From contig BLSG01000216.1 in the NCBI GenBank assembly GCA_012862495.1, forward strand, positions 295,649-359,648: DNA of 64,000 nt, in the 5' to 3' direction. The notes under the pieces are model-generated. The model saw only the letters and a list, made by a program, of their open reading frames with translations, was not told the origin of the DNA and did no database searches. Positions within the stretch are counted from its first letter, which is position 1, and every line of letters begins with the position of its first letter. The DNA is from Thraustochytrium aureum (taxonomy: Eukaryota). A program made the position numbers and the translations under genes. Shown here piece after piece: positions 1 through 11,229 of this stretch.

Positions 1-888
1 CTGCTGCTGCTGCGCGCGCTGCTGCGGCGCCACGGCCCTTCCTGGTCTGCACGCTCTCTCTCTCTCGCTCTCTCGCTTCTGTTGTGTCTCTCTGTGACTC
101 TCGGACGAACCTAACCTAAACCGCCCGCCCTAACACAGCCGTTCACGAGGAGAAAAAATACTACCGGTACCTCCTACCAAAGTACACTGAGTAGTAGGTA
201 CTCTCGAATTTTCTCTAGTAGAGAAGTGCTGCTCGTGCTGAGTGGAGGAAAGGCATTGTCTCTGTCAACTTCTGTCAAGCGCTTGGACTCGAAGGGAGGA
301 AGGAGGGAAAGAGAAAAGAAAAGAGAAAGAAAAGAGGGTTCAAGTTTGATTGCGTGGTAAGTAGCGAAAAAAGAAAGGCTCGGAGCCGCAAGAGGGGAGG
401 ATTTGGAGCTCGGAGGAGGAGTGGGGGACCGGTAGGAAGGGCGTCCGAGTCTTGTGCGCTGAATCCGGGTGCGAACTCCTTCCGGCGTGAGGGCCTCCTC
501 TGCTGAGGCGGCACGCGGACTCTCCCACCCCAGGCGTGAGTTAGCAAGTACGCAAAGAACTCCGCTCCTCAAATACTCCGAGTGGAGAAAGAACAAAGGA
601 AAAGCTCCAGCAACTACTCCGNNNNNNNNNNNNNNNNNNNNNNNNNNNNNNNNNNNNNNNNNNNNNNNNNNNNNNNNNNNNNNNNNNNNNNNNNNNNNNN
701 NNNNNNNNNNNNNNNNNNNNNNNNNNNNNNNNNNNNNNNNNNNNNNNNNNNNNNNNNNNNNNNNNNNNNNNNNGGAAAAATCACAACACGGGGAAACTTA
801 GGTGGGGTAGGGTATCTGGGCAGATTTTATTTATAAAAAAAGCGCAGCGGAGTCTCGCCGTGGCTTCCAGTCCCTCGTTCGTGGAAGG

Positions 889-2653
889 ATGGCGAGCGCC
901 CCGCGGTGGCGCGTCGGCGTGGACGTCGGAACAGGCGCCGCCAGGGCCATGGTGATCGACGAGCGTGGGGCCAGGCTCGGCCTCTCGTCGAAGAAAATCA
1001 AGGTTTGGGCGCACCCCGACCTCCCCGCCCAACACCTGGAGCAGAGCTCGGACGATATCTGGAGCGCAGTGTGCTCCGCCGTGCGAGAGGCGCTGCGGCT
1101 GGCGCGGGAATGCGCCGGAGAAGAAGGCCTGGTCGCTGGCCTTGGCTTTTGCGCAACATGCAGCCTCGTTGCGCTCGATAAAGCCGCCCGGCCAGTGTCG
1201 GTGAGCACCACGGGGCGCGACGAGCAAAACGTCGTTTTGTGGGCCGACCACCGCGCAGCCGCCTTTGCGAAGAACCTCTCCGCAACGCACGATCCGGTTC
1301 TCGCCTTGGTCGGCGGCGCTCTGTCTGCAGAAATGGAGGTCCCGAAACTCGTTTGGCTGAAAAGCAACCTCGGCGACCAGTTTTCACGTGTAGCGCACTG
1401 GCTGGACTTGTGCGACGCGCTGACGATGCTGGCGACAGGCAACACGACGCGATCCGCCAGCGCACTGTCCTGCAAGTGGAACTACGTTGACTGGGTCGAT
1501 GGAACCGAGTTGCCGGGCGGGCTGCGAAGGGGCTGGCCCAAGGCCTTCCTCCACTCGGCGGGCCTCGAGTCGCTTTGTGAGAACGACTGCGCAGCGATCG
1601 GATCGCTCGTTGCTCGGCCGGGGCAACCTGTTGGCGAGGGCCTCTGTGCAGAGGCCGCGGCCCAGCTCGGATTGCCCGCGCACACCCCTGTTGCGACGGG
1701 TCTCATCGACGCGCACTGTGGAGCGCTAGGTCTTCTGAGCGCCGTCGGCGAAGCCGACTCGCCGGCCTCGACGACGGCATGCGTCATTGCTGGAACGAGC
1801 AATTGCATCCTCGTGAATGGCCCCTCGCCCGCGTTCGTGCCTGGGGTTTGGGGCCCCTATGCGAATGCGGTCGTGGCAGGCGCGTTTTGTAGCGAGGCCG
1901 GGCAGTCTGCGGCCGGGAGTTTCCTCGACTTGCTTGTCGCCTCGCACCCCGCAGCCGCCGAGCTCGAGGCGCGGGCCCTTGCTGCGTTTGGCGGCGATCG
2001 CCACGCATGCCTCGCGTCCCTGCTCGTTCAGCAAGCGGCGACGCAGGGCGAGAGCGCGGCGCAACTCCAGGACCGTCCCCAAGACCCTCTGGACGCGACG
2101 ATCTGGCGCGAGCTGACCCAGCTCACGCGCTCGCTGCACCTCACGCCGGACTGGAACGGAAACAGGTCGCCGTACGCGCGCGCGGACATGACGGGGACGA
2201 TTTCCGGCCTGGACATGGCGCACGGAACGCTGGCGCGGCTTGCGACCACGTATCTCGCAGGTATCCAGGCCCTCGCGTACAGCACGAGGGAGATCCTGGG
2301 CCGAATCGCAGCTTCAAGCGCCTGCGCTAGCCCAGTTGACAAGGTGCTCGTGTGCGGCGGGCTGTCCGCGAACGCCTTGTTCCTGCAGACTCTCGCGGAC
2401 GTTGTGGGCGTTCCCGTCCTCGTTCCTGGCGAGCAGGAAGCTGTGTTGCTTGGTGCTTGCATTTTGGCGGGCCGCGCCGGACTCTGTGGCGCTGGGGCGA
2501 ACGCTGCGCCGCAGCGCGCGACGCCTGGATCCGCGAATCGACGTGCGAGGCTTTCACAGCGTCAAATTCGCCATCTTTCAGCAACTCTCGGAAGCGAACG
2601 CGCGCCACGCCGACATGATGGCGCCATTCCTGGCCAGCCCAACGCCTGCTTGA
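889..2653 (+). CDS. FGGY: FGGY-family carbohydrate (pentulose/ribulose) kinase; +1 frameshift near 2470
   Basis: Motifs GVDVGTG, ATCSLV, WADHRA, EMEVPKL, CKWNY, IDAH, IAGTS, VPGVWGPY, EAGQSAAG, GNRSP, CGGLS. The family-like C-terminus (LDPRIDVRGFHSVKFAIFQQL) lies in the +1 frame and ends at TGA 2653. Confidence 0.9.
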
Positions 2654-2751
2654 CCCCACTAGCTGCAAACGGGCTGGTCGAGTGAGCGCGAGAGCTGCTG
2701 TGCGAGGCCTCGTTCGCGCCGTCTCTTTCTTCCAGCTCTCTACTCTCTCTA

Positions 2752-3799
2752 CTAGTTGAGAGAGCGAGAGAGGGGAGCCAGGCAAGAGGTGGCTGCCTCG
2801 TTAGAGATTCTGCCGCGGGGCTGCCTTGCCTCAGCCGCATCGAGCGGCGGGCCTCGCAGCGCGCCAGCCTCACCGCGGGCCCGGGCTTGGTACAAACACT
2901 GTATGCGCTCGAGGATGGCGCTGTCGATTACATTATAGCCAGCGCGGTCGCACCCCAGCGACTCGCACAGATCTGCATGCTGTTCCGCTCCAGGGTGGTT
3001 CCTGCATTCGCCAAAATAAGAAAGGCACCCATGCGGGGCGAGATGCACCTGAAGCATAGGGGATTTGAAGACCTCCACGCCGTCCTGCACGAGGGCCGCT
3101 TTCAGGTATGCCTCCCCGTTGGGGTTGTTCTTGAAAAACTGTTGCCGGAATGCCTGGATGGCCTTGGGGCGACTCCAGTACTCGTACCTGCGCCGAAAAT
3201 AGGATCTAGCTGCACTGCGATCCATCACCGCAAACCTATCGTGGACCCCGCCGTACGTGCCATAAGCGGGCGTGAAAATGCGCGGGCGCCCCGGGTGCGG
3301 CTCGCTGCGCAAGAGCGCGTCGAGGTCAACGGGCTCGAAGAAGATCGCATCGGTGCGCATCCGCACCACAATGTCGTACACAAAACCCTGCTTGCGCTCC
3401 CATTCCTCCAGGACACCAAACGCCTCGCTGAGGCTCTGGAATTGGTGCGCAACATGAACCGTGTTTGAGCGCTCGTTCGCAGAAATGAACCGCATCGCCG
3501 TCTCCGGCATCTCGAAGGCCTTGTCCGCTACTGCAGAAGAGTGCACCACCTGAACGCCGTGCTTGCCGAGTGTGGCGCGCCAGCGCGCCTCGCTCGCCGG
3601 CTCCAGCCCGTCCACCCTCGAGTCGCCGCCCTGCAAGTCTTTACCGAGCGAAAGGCAGAAGAAGGCGTCCAGCGCAAAGGGCCCGTCCGCGTCAGCGTGG
3701 AGCGCACCGAGGGCCCCACGCCTGGTTCTCCACAAGAGTGTCTAGCGTGCGCGGCAGCCCCGGAGACGACGACTGCCACCCGCACGCGTGCGCCGTCCG
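2752..3799 (-). CDS. Uncharacterised glycosyltransferase-like protein (paralog A); N-terminus in gap; two +1 frameshifts (~3760, ~3713)
   Basis: YDIVVRMRTDAIF and GGVHDRFAV motifs. Aligns along its length with the + strand gene at 4259-5721. Confidence 0.75.
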
Positions 3800-4258
3800 N
3801 NNNNNNNNNNNNNNNNNNNNNNNNNNNNNNNNNNNNNNNNNNNNNNNNNNNNNNNNNNNNNNNNNNNNNNNNNNNNNNNNNNNNNNNNNNNNNNNNNNNN
3901 NNNNNNNNNNNNNNNNNNNNNNNNNNNNNNNNNNNNNNNNNNNNNNNNNNNNNNNNNNNNNNNNNNNNNNNNNNNNNNNNNNNNNNNNNNNNNNNNNNNN
4001 NNNNNNNNNNNNNNNNNNNNNNNNNNNNNNNNNNNNNNNNNNNNNNNNNNNNNNNNNNNNNNNNNNNNNNNNNNNNNNNNNNNNNNNNNNNNNNNNNNNN
4101 NNNNNNNNNNNNNNNNNNNNNNNNNNNNNNNNNNNNNNNNNNNNNNNNNNNNNNNNNNNNNNNNNNNNNNNNNNNNNNNNNNNNNNNNNNNNNNNNNNNN
4201 NNNNNNNNNNNNNNNNNNNNNNNNNNNNNNNNNNNNNNNNNNNNNNNNNNNNCGAGCG

Positions 4259-5721
4259 ATGGCGCTCGAGGACAGCGACGAGCCGCGCGTGGTCTTCTTC
4301 GACAAGCGGCAGTACGTGATGGAGCGCAGCAGGCGGCTGCAGCGGGCCGCGATCACCGGCATGGGCGGTGTCGTCACGCTGTACACGCTCTACGTGCTTT
4401 TCTACGTGTACCTTTACATGCCCGACGAGACGGAGCGGTTCGTGGACAGGCGCGCCGGGGGCTCGGCGCCGCTGACGACGGCAGACTTTGTGGGGCAGCA
4501 TTTCAACATCCCAGACGAAATGTCCCTGCGCAAGCGCAGGGCGCGCGTTTGTGTACTGGTGACGGGCCTGCCCCGCACCCTCGACCTCCTGCTGGACAAT
4601 CAGGCCTGGGGTCTCGCCGCAGACAACCCCAACCACCTCTTTGACATTCAAATCATCTTGGCCCTCTCGATAGGCTCCGACCGGCAAACCGGGGAGCAGT
4701 GGACTGCAGCCTCGCTCGACCGCGACAAGAGGTGGGCCGCCACTATCGAGCGCCACGGCATGCGCCTCGTCAAGGTGGCCGCGCTGCACGATATCGAGTT
4801 TGAGGACATTGAGTCGCTCCCGGAAATTCGCACCAACGAGCGCTCAGACGCAGGTCACGTCGCGAACCAGTTCCGCAGCCTGCACGAGGCGTTCCGGGAG
4901 CTCGAAGCGTACGAGAACGAGCACGGCTTCGTGTACGACATTGTCTTGCGCATGAGAACAGGTAGGTTGTTTGCATCCCTTCGTGCTGCGATTTAGTCGT
5001 CGCTTCGCAATAGCCAGGCGACTAGGTGGACCGCCCGCTGACCCCGCAGCACGCTGCGCCCGCTCCTCGTGTGCCACGCTCGTGCGCAGACGCAATTTTC
5101 CTCCGGCCGGTTCGGCTGTTTCCGCTCTTCGAGCACAGCTCAAAGTACGGCCGTCCGCGCATCTTTGCGCCAAACTTCGGACACTACCACGGCGTGAACG
5201 ACCGGTTCGCTGTCATGGACCGCGGCGCTGGCCAGTCCTATTTCAGCAACCGATACTTGTACTGGAAGTCCGGCTTTGTCAAGCGCCTTGTCACGAGCGA
5301 GTCTTTCTGGCCCAACGCCGAGAGCTACTTTCGTGTCACGCTCGAGCACGACAACATCGACATCGTTCAAATACCCACGTTCAACACGCAGGTGGCGCCA
5401 AAGGGGTGCATCAGCTATTGGAACGAGTGCGCGCACGAAGGCGGCGAGAAATACTATGGCGTTTGCGTGGCTCTAGGATGCAACTTGGTGCCCCCGAGGA
5501 CGCTGAATACGACTGTTCTCGGCTGGATCCGCTGCTTTCACGAGCGTATCGTCGACGGAGCGCCCTGCACCCATGGGTTTGAATCTTTTAACAAGACAAT
5601 ATTCGTGGACGGCGTTTTGCCCAAGAGCTTTTTTAAACGATGGTCTCAAGCCGCCCGGCGTGTAACTTTCGCGGACGGCCAGCGGCCAGCAGCACGCGTT
5701 GTTTCGAGAGCAGATAGCTAG
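4259..5721 (+). CDS. Uncharacterised type II membrane glycosyltransferase-like protein (paralog B); one intron 4962-5089
   Basis: N-terminal TM segment (GGVVTLYTLYVLFYVYLYM). Splicing GTAGGT...CTGAC...GCAG restores YDIVLRMRT|DAIF, matching paralog A. GVNDRFAV motif. Confidence 0.8.
4962..5089 (+). other. Spliceosomal GT-AG intron (128 nt)
   Basis: GTAGGT donor, CTGAC branch at 5038-5042, CAG acceptor. Removal joins two ORFs into the motif that is uninterrupted in the paralog. Confidence 0.85.
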
Positions 5722-5813
5722 GGCTAGCTCTCTCTAGAGAGTAGAGAGATACCTCTAAAAGTGAACAAACCTGCCCCGAAGGCCCTCCCTGACGAGAAAC
5801 AGCAACGCCCATC

Positions 5814-7179
5814 CTAGCCGGAGAGCGAGCACGAGCGAATTCGAGCCAGCACACGGTCGCGCCCGAGCACCTCAAGCGTCTCGGAAGCTCGGCGCCCTTT
5901 AGCGAGCCGGTAGCCGCCCACCGCACCGGCAGCATGACAAACCGAGGCTTGGCCCCGAGCTCCTTGGCGACGGCCTGAAGCGCGCGCTTGACGGCCTTGG
6001 CCGAAAACTCGCTTGGGGCCACAGATTCAAGCGCCGCAGCGCTGGCCTCGAGCACACGGTCCGCGACGGGGTTGCCTTTCCCAGCCGTCTCGCGGTCCAC
6101 CTCACAGCGCTCCAAAGTCGCAGCTGGGCCGACAAAAAAGTGCGTAGCGTAGTGAGCAAAGTCGGCGCGGCGGAACACACGCCCCAGAACGAGGTCCAGA
6201 ACACTGGAAACGTACTCGTCCGACGCGCCCTGCACGTCCGCCTCGGTCGCACCGGAACGCAACGCGGCGACGCGGATTTCGCGGAGCAAGACGCCCCGAT
6301 CGAGTCGGCGCACGTGCTCGCCGTTGAGCCAGTACAAAAAGTCGAGGTCCACCACCGCGCCCTTGCGCGTGCAAGCGCTCAAGTCAAACGCAGCGCCGAG
6401 AGCCTCGAGGTCGCCAAAGTAGAGGCCCGCCCGGCTGCCCTCCTCCTCCTCCTCGCCATCATCGGCGGCTTTTGCGGCCGCGGCGCGATGCGGCGACCAG
6501 CCCAGAAGCGCTACGAAATTTAGCACCGCGGTCTCTTCAAAGCCGTCCTCGGCGAGTAGGGCGGCTACCGCACCGCCTCGCGTGCGCTTGGACACCTTGG
6601 TCCCGTCAGGATTGAGCAAGAGCGGCAGGTGCGCAAACTGAGGCGGCTCCCAGCCAAACGCCTCGTACAGGAACAGGTGCTTGGGAGTCGACGAAAGCCA
6701 CTCCTCGCCGCGAATGACGTGTGTGATCCCGGACTCGTGATCGTCCACCACCGACGCCAAGTGGTACGTGGGAAAGCCGTCCGTCTTGATGAGGATCTGG
6801 TCGTCGATCACGCTGTTGGAAAAGGGCAGCGCGCCACGCACGTGGTCCTCTACCACCGTGGTTCCGCTCAGCGGAGCCTTCAATCGCACCGTGTAAGGCT
6901 CGCCGCGCTGAATGCGCGCTTGCGCCTCCTCTGGGGCCACGCCCCGGCAGCGACGGTCGTACGAAACGGAGGACGCGGTTGCCCGCCCCGCCGCGCGGGC
7001 AGCTGCTCGAACCGTGGCGAGCCTCTCCGCAGAGCAAAAGCAAGGGTAGGCATGGCCCGTCTCGACCAGTTGTTGGGCGTGCCGCACATGGACCGCCTTG
7101 CGGTCCGACTGGTGCTGCACGGGTTCGTCGGGCTCAATGCCGAAGCGCCGCAGTTGCTCAAGCAGCCGCTGATCCGCGC
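5814..7179 (-). CDS. EARS2: Bacterial-type (organellar, likely mitochondrial) glutamyl-tRNA synthetase; N-terminus in gap; -1 frameshift near 5884
   Basis: AYPCFCS, YDRRCR, KTDGFPTYHLASVVDDH, ITHVIRGEEWL, HLPLLL, KVSKR (KMSKS-like), NFVALLGW. Corrected C-terminus GAELPETLEVLGRDRVLARI, stop TAG at 5816-5814. Confidence 0.92.
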
Positions 7180-7446
7180 NNNNNNNNNNNNNNNNNNNNN
7201 NNNNNNNNNNNNNNNNNNNNNNNNNNNNNNNNNNNNNNNNNNNNNNNNNNNNNNNNNNNNNNNNNNNNNNNNNNNNNNNNNNNNNNNNNNNNNNNNNNNN
7301 NNNNNNNNNNNNNNNNNNNNNNNNNNNNNNNNNNNNNNNNNNNNNNNNNNNNNNNNNNNNNNNNNNNNNNNNNNNNNNNNNNNNNNNNNNNNNNNNNNNN
7401 NNNNNNNNNNNNNNNNNNNNNNNNNNNNNNNNNNNNNNNNNNNNNN

Positions 7447-8944
7447 GCTGATAAGCAAGGGCAGGTGGCTGGTCAAGTTCCACGCGCCGTGGTGCGGTAA
7501 GTGACGCGGGGCTCGCGGGCCTCTAGCGGCCCACCCCAAAGCCAGGGAAGCAAAGCCAGGATCTGACGTTACATTGCGCCGGGCGCGAAGGCCACTGCAA
7601 GCGGCTTGCGCCTGTGCTGCAAGAGGTGGCCGCGAAGCACCTGGGCGACGGCAAGATGAAAATCGGGGCCGTTGATGCGACGCGCCACACCGCACTTAAA
7701 GCGCGCTTTGGAATCGACGGGTTCCCGACGCTAGAGTACTTTGAGAACGGGGTCATCGCCGCTCCGTATACTGGAGGGCGAGACGTCCAGTCGATCGTTG
7801 CGTTCGGCGAGCGCATGGCGGCTCCCCTTGTGCGCGAATTCACCGCGGCGACCAAGCTCCGCGCGTGGCTTGAGGCCAGGTCGCCCGAGCGCGACCCCGG
7901 GCTGGAGCCCCTGTCGTTCGTCCTGCTTTCGAGCGCCGCCCTCGCGCCCTCGGACCCGGCTTATGAGGCTGTGCTCTCTGCTGCCAACGCGACACGACCT
8001 GGCCACCTCTTTGCGGCCACGCACGGCTCAGCGAGCTGGGACGTAGTGTGCGGGCGTGCCGTCCCCGGGTCGCTCGAGGAAGGCCTTTGCAAGGAGCGGT
8101 CTCAGTCTGTGCTGATGCGTTTCGAGACGGGTCAGGCGCCGCGCGCCTTCAGCGGCGACCTTGCGGACGGCGAGGCCGTGCTGGCCTGGGTAAGAGCCAA
8201 TTCTGTGCCCGTAAGTTTCAACGCCCTCGCACTACAAGGGCGCAGCCGGCCCGATCGTCGTTGATCCAGTTGAAACAACGACGGCACCGCTCGCTCCTCT
8301 CGCCAACCATTCGCGCGCTGACGTTGTGGCCCCGAGCGCGAGCGTAGGTCTTCTCGGAGCTGGGCCTGCACAACTACGGCTTGATTGTGAGACAGGAGGG
8401 CAAAATGGTCGTCCTCGGCGCTTTTGATCCCGAGGACAACCGCGAGAAGGAGGCGTACCTGAAGCGACTTGGCGCGTTTGCGAAAGGCACAGAGCCGCTG
8501 CCTGCGGATGTTATGGAGCGCCTTGTCTTCACTAGCATCAACGGCCGCAAGTGGGGTGGCTTCCTGGAGGACTATGGCGTGGAAACCGACGAGCTGCCGC
8601 GGACTGTGGTCGTCGACTTTACCGAGAAGGTATTCTTCGAGAACGCGACCCTCGAAGGCGATCTCGCGGCGCTTTTAACTGGTGCGGTGCGGGGCACTAT
8701 TGCGTCCCAGAGCGGCGGCTGGGTCCTCACCGTGAAGCGGTCCTGGCGCTCGTTTGTTCGCTACCTACCGTTCTCGGCCATCATTGCTGCCTTGCTCGTT
8801 TTGGTTTTGGTCCTGTTCGTGTATCTCATCTGCGCCAACGAATACGACGACGAGGAGGAAATGGTGGCCGAGCCCGCGCAGGACGGCGCGCAGCCCACGC
8901 CCGGGGCCGAGGCCAAAGACGCGCCGAGCAAGAAGAGGGACTAG
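7447..8944 (+). CDS. TMX3: TMX3-like transmembrane thioredoxin/protein disulfide isomerase; introns 7497-7590 and 8211-8347; N-terminus in gap
   Basis: Splicing gives WLVKFHAPWCG|HCKRLAP (CGHC site) and IDGFPTL. C-terminal TM helix, acidic tail and dilysine ER-retrieval end SKKRD. Confidence 0.85.
7497..7590 (+). other. Spliceosomal GT-AG intron (94 nt) splitting the WCGHC codons
   Basis: GTAAGT donor, CTGAC at 7563-7567, AAG acceptor. Removal restores WCGHCK. Confidence 0.92.
8211..8347 (+). other. Spliceosomal GT-AG intron (137 nt)
   Basis: GTAAGT donor, GCTGAC at 8317-8322, TAG acceptor. Joins in frame to the 8381-8944 ORF. Confidence 0.85.
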
Positions 8945-9027
8945 GTGATGATCGGCTGACGCTTGCTTCCACGTTAGAGTATTCAGAGAACGAGGTTGGA
9001 TTTATAATGAATGGGCAGGTCAAAGCT

Positions 9028-9366
9028 TCACATCGCATCAAGCAGCTCAGTAGGGAGGGCGCTGAACCGGTTGATGTACTCGCCGATAAAGTCGTCCCGA
9101 GCGGCCGAGTCGCGGATGCCTCCCAACAGCTTTTTGAGCGCTTTGGCCTTTTTTTCGTCCGACAGACCCATCAGGCTCGTGGCTTCGATTTCGGGGCGTT
9201 TGCTTTCGTCTGGGATCAGGTCCTCCAAGCTCTCGGTGACCCACGCTTCAAACGCGGTGAACTTTTTCAAGTCCTTCATGTTGTACTTCATGGTGAGGTG
9301 CTTCTTCACCGACTCGGCGTCGTGGCCCTCCACCTCCTCTTCTTTGAGTTTAACGTGGTCTGACAT
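9028..9366 (-). CDS. Small protein resembling CPI-17/PHI-1 (PPP1R14 family) phosphorylation-dependent PP1 inhibitor
   Basis: Clean ATG-TGA 112-aa ORF. HLTMKYNMKDLKKFTAFEAWVTESLEDL aligns without gaps to CPI-17 RVTVKYDRRELQRRLDVEKWIDGRLEEL (recalled from memory). Later segments PEIE..SLMGLSDEKKAKALKKLL and DFIGEYI also fit the family. Confidence 0.72.
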   Translation of the reverse strand: MSDHVKLKEEEVEGHDAESVKKHLTMKYNMKDLKKFTAFEAWVTESLEDLIPDESKRPEIEATSLMGLSDEKKAKALKKLLGGIRDSAARDDFIGEYINRFSALPTELLDAM

Positions 9367-10091
9367 GGTCCCTTGGGGGCTTGTTTGGCAGACCGGCCGC
9401 TCCTCCTGCTGGCCGTGCGCGAAGCCGGGCCTTGCGGTTCGCCGAGCTGGTCACTGCCCACCCGGTCGCCTTGCGCGTCCGAGGGCGGAGCTTTCTCCGG
9501 GCCCAAAATCTAGTGCGCGCCCCGAGCGCCTGCCGACGACGGGCCACTCGCGTCTGTTCGCCCTGCGCTGGAGTGCCACGGGCCGCCCGAGAGGTCTCCA
9601 AAGCACAACTTTGCGTGCACGACGGCACCGCACCGCGCCACCAGCACTGGGCCAGCGCGCGACTTTTATCGCAGCGCAGTCAGCAAGTCCACTCCCGCGC
9701 GCCGAGCCGCTCCTCCGCGTTGTGCGCTTCCCTCGAGCGCCCCCTCGCACCGGCCCGCCATCTGCAGCCTGCGCCTTGCCGCTCTGGAGGCGTGTCTGTC
9801 CGTGCGCCCTGCTTAACGGGCTCGGTCCGCATTCCACCTCTTTATCCGGGCCCAGAGTCCGCTTTGGGCAATTATTTCACCCACTAGTATCTCTACGATA
9901 AACGAAGCACAAGCAAATAGGGTTTGAGTTTAGCTCCGTAGGGTCGGCCATGTCGCCTATTCCTGACTCGATCTGGACAGGGACATGACTCGGAGGTGCC
10001 GCCCTTCCAAGGCGGCCAATGCACCAACGCGCCCACGAAGGCCAGCTTTGAAGGACACGGAATTGAGCGCGCTGGCACGAAGAGCGGGGCG

Positions 10092-11123
10092 ATGGACGTC
10101 ACGAAAGGGCTGAACGGCAAGGCGGTCCCCGAGTACTTTGCTGAGTCGCGAGCTGAGACCAGCGAGCTCGTCAACAAGAGTGGCCTCAAGCTGCAGCGAT
10201 ACACGTGGCCGGCAGCGCTCGAAGGCAAGGGCGCGCGCGGTGTGCTGCTGGCCATCCACGGAGTATCCTCGCACATCTTGTACGAGTGGCTGTGCCACAC
10301 GCAGTATCCGGAAGGGTCGGATGAGGGCGCCGCGACGGGGTACGAGGCGTCAAGTTTCACAGTCCCAAGTACGAAGGGAGCTGGGTGCAAGCGATGAACG
10401 CCATCGAGCTCACCGTGACGGGCATCGACCAACAGTCGTACGGACTCAGCCAGGGCGCGCGGGGCCTCGACAACTTTTTCGAGCAGTTCGAAGACCTCGT
10501 GGACGACCAGCTCCTCTTGTTGGAGAAAATTGCAAGCGAGTACCCGGGGCTGCCCGTGTTTGTGATGGGCGAGTCGATGGGCGGGTGCGTGGCGACGCGG
10601 GTGTGCGAGCGGGCCGATGGCCGGAGCTGTGATGCTCGCCCCCATGCTCTCGTTGGAGCAGCTCAAGAAAAAGCCGATCAACAAAGTTTTGCTTCCCATA
10701 TCCGGCTTGATGTCGCGAATCGGCCCAACGCTGCGTCTTGCGCAAAAGGAGCAGCACATCTGGAAGGAGCAGCACCAGCACTACGTGGCGGACCCGCTGA
10801 ACGAGAGCGTGTCGATCCGCTGCCGCGTCGCGCGCGAGTGCATTCTTGCCGTGGACTCCGCGCGAGACGAGGTCCAGCGATTCCGCACCCCGTTCCTCGT
10901 CATGCACTCGCTCAATGACACGATGTGCGACCCGCATGGCTCTCAGTTTCTGTTTGACAACGCCTCCTCCACGGACAAGACCATTGAGCTGCTCGACGAC
11001 GAGTTCCTGTGGCACGCGCTTCCGATTGAGCCGGGGAACGGCAAAGTGCTTGGCGCCGTCAAGGCGTGGCTGCTGGCCCGACTCGCTCCCGTTGCTGGCG
11101 AGACCAACGTCTCGCAAGAGTAG
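10092..11123 (+). CDS. Alpha/beta hydrolase, monoacylglycerol lipase/lysophospholipase (Hydrolase_4) family; frameshifts ~10366 (-1) and ~10612 (+1)
   Basis: AIHG, GIDQQSYGLSQG, nucleophile GESMGG, LAPML, acid HSLNDTMCD, His in LWHALPIEPG. Confidence 0.88.
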
Positions 11124-11229
11124 GAGTCTTGATGGATTGATGGGAGCCCCTGAGACCCGCCCCTTGAATTGTGAGCAAGAAACAACAGCGCGTGTGTCTT
11201 TCCATTGATTTTGCCAAGGGCGTGGGCCG

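Noticed and set aside
108..134. Telomere-like AACCTAACCTAAACC...CCCTAAC
   Set aside because: Only two or three imperfect units, which is compatible with chance.
1..880. Possible LTR or transposon end, or coding ORFs, in the purine-rich lower-GC start of the window
   Set aside because: No terminal repeats, primer-binding site or TE protein motifs are visible, the ORFs are low-complexity, and the region is broken by a gap.
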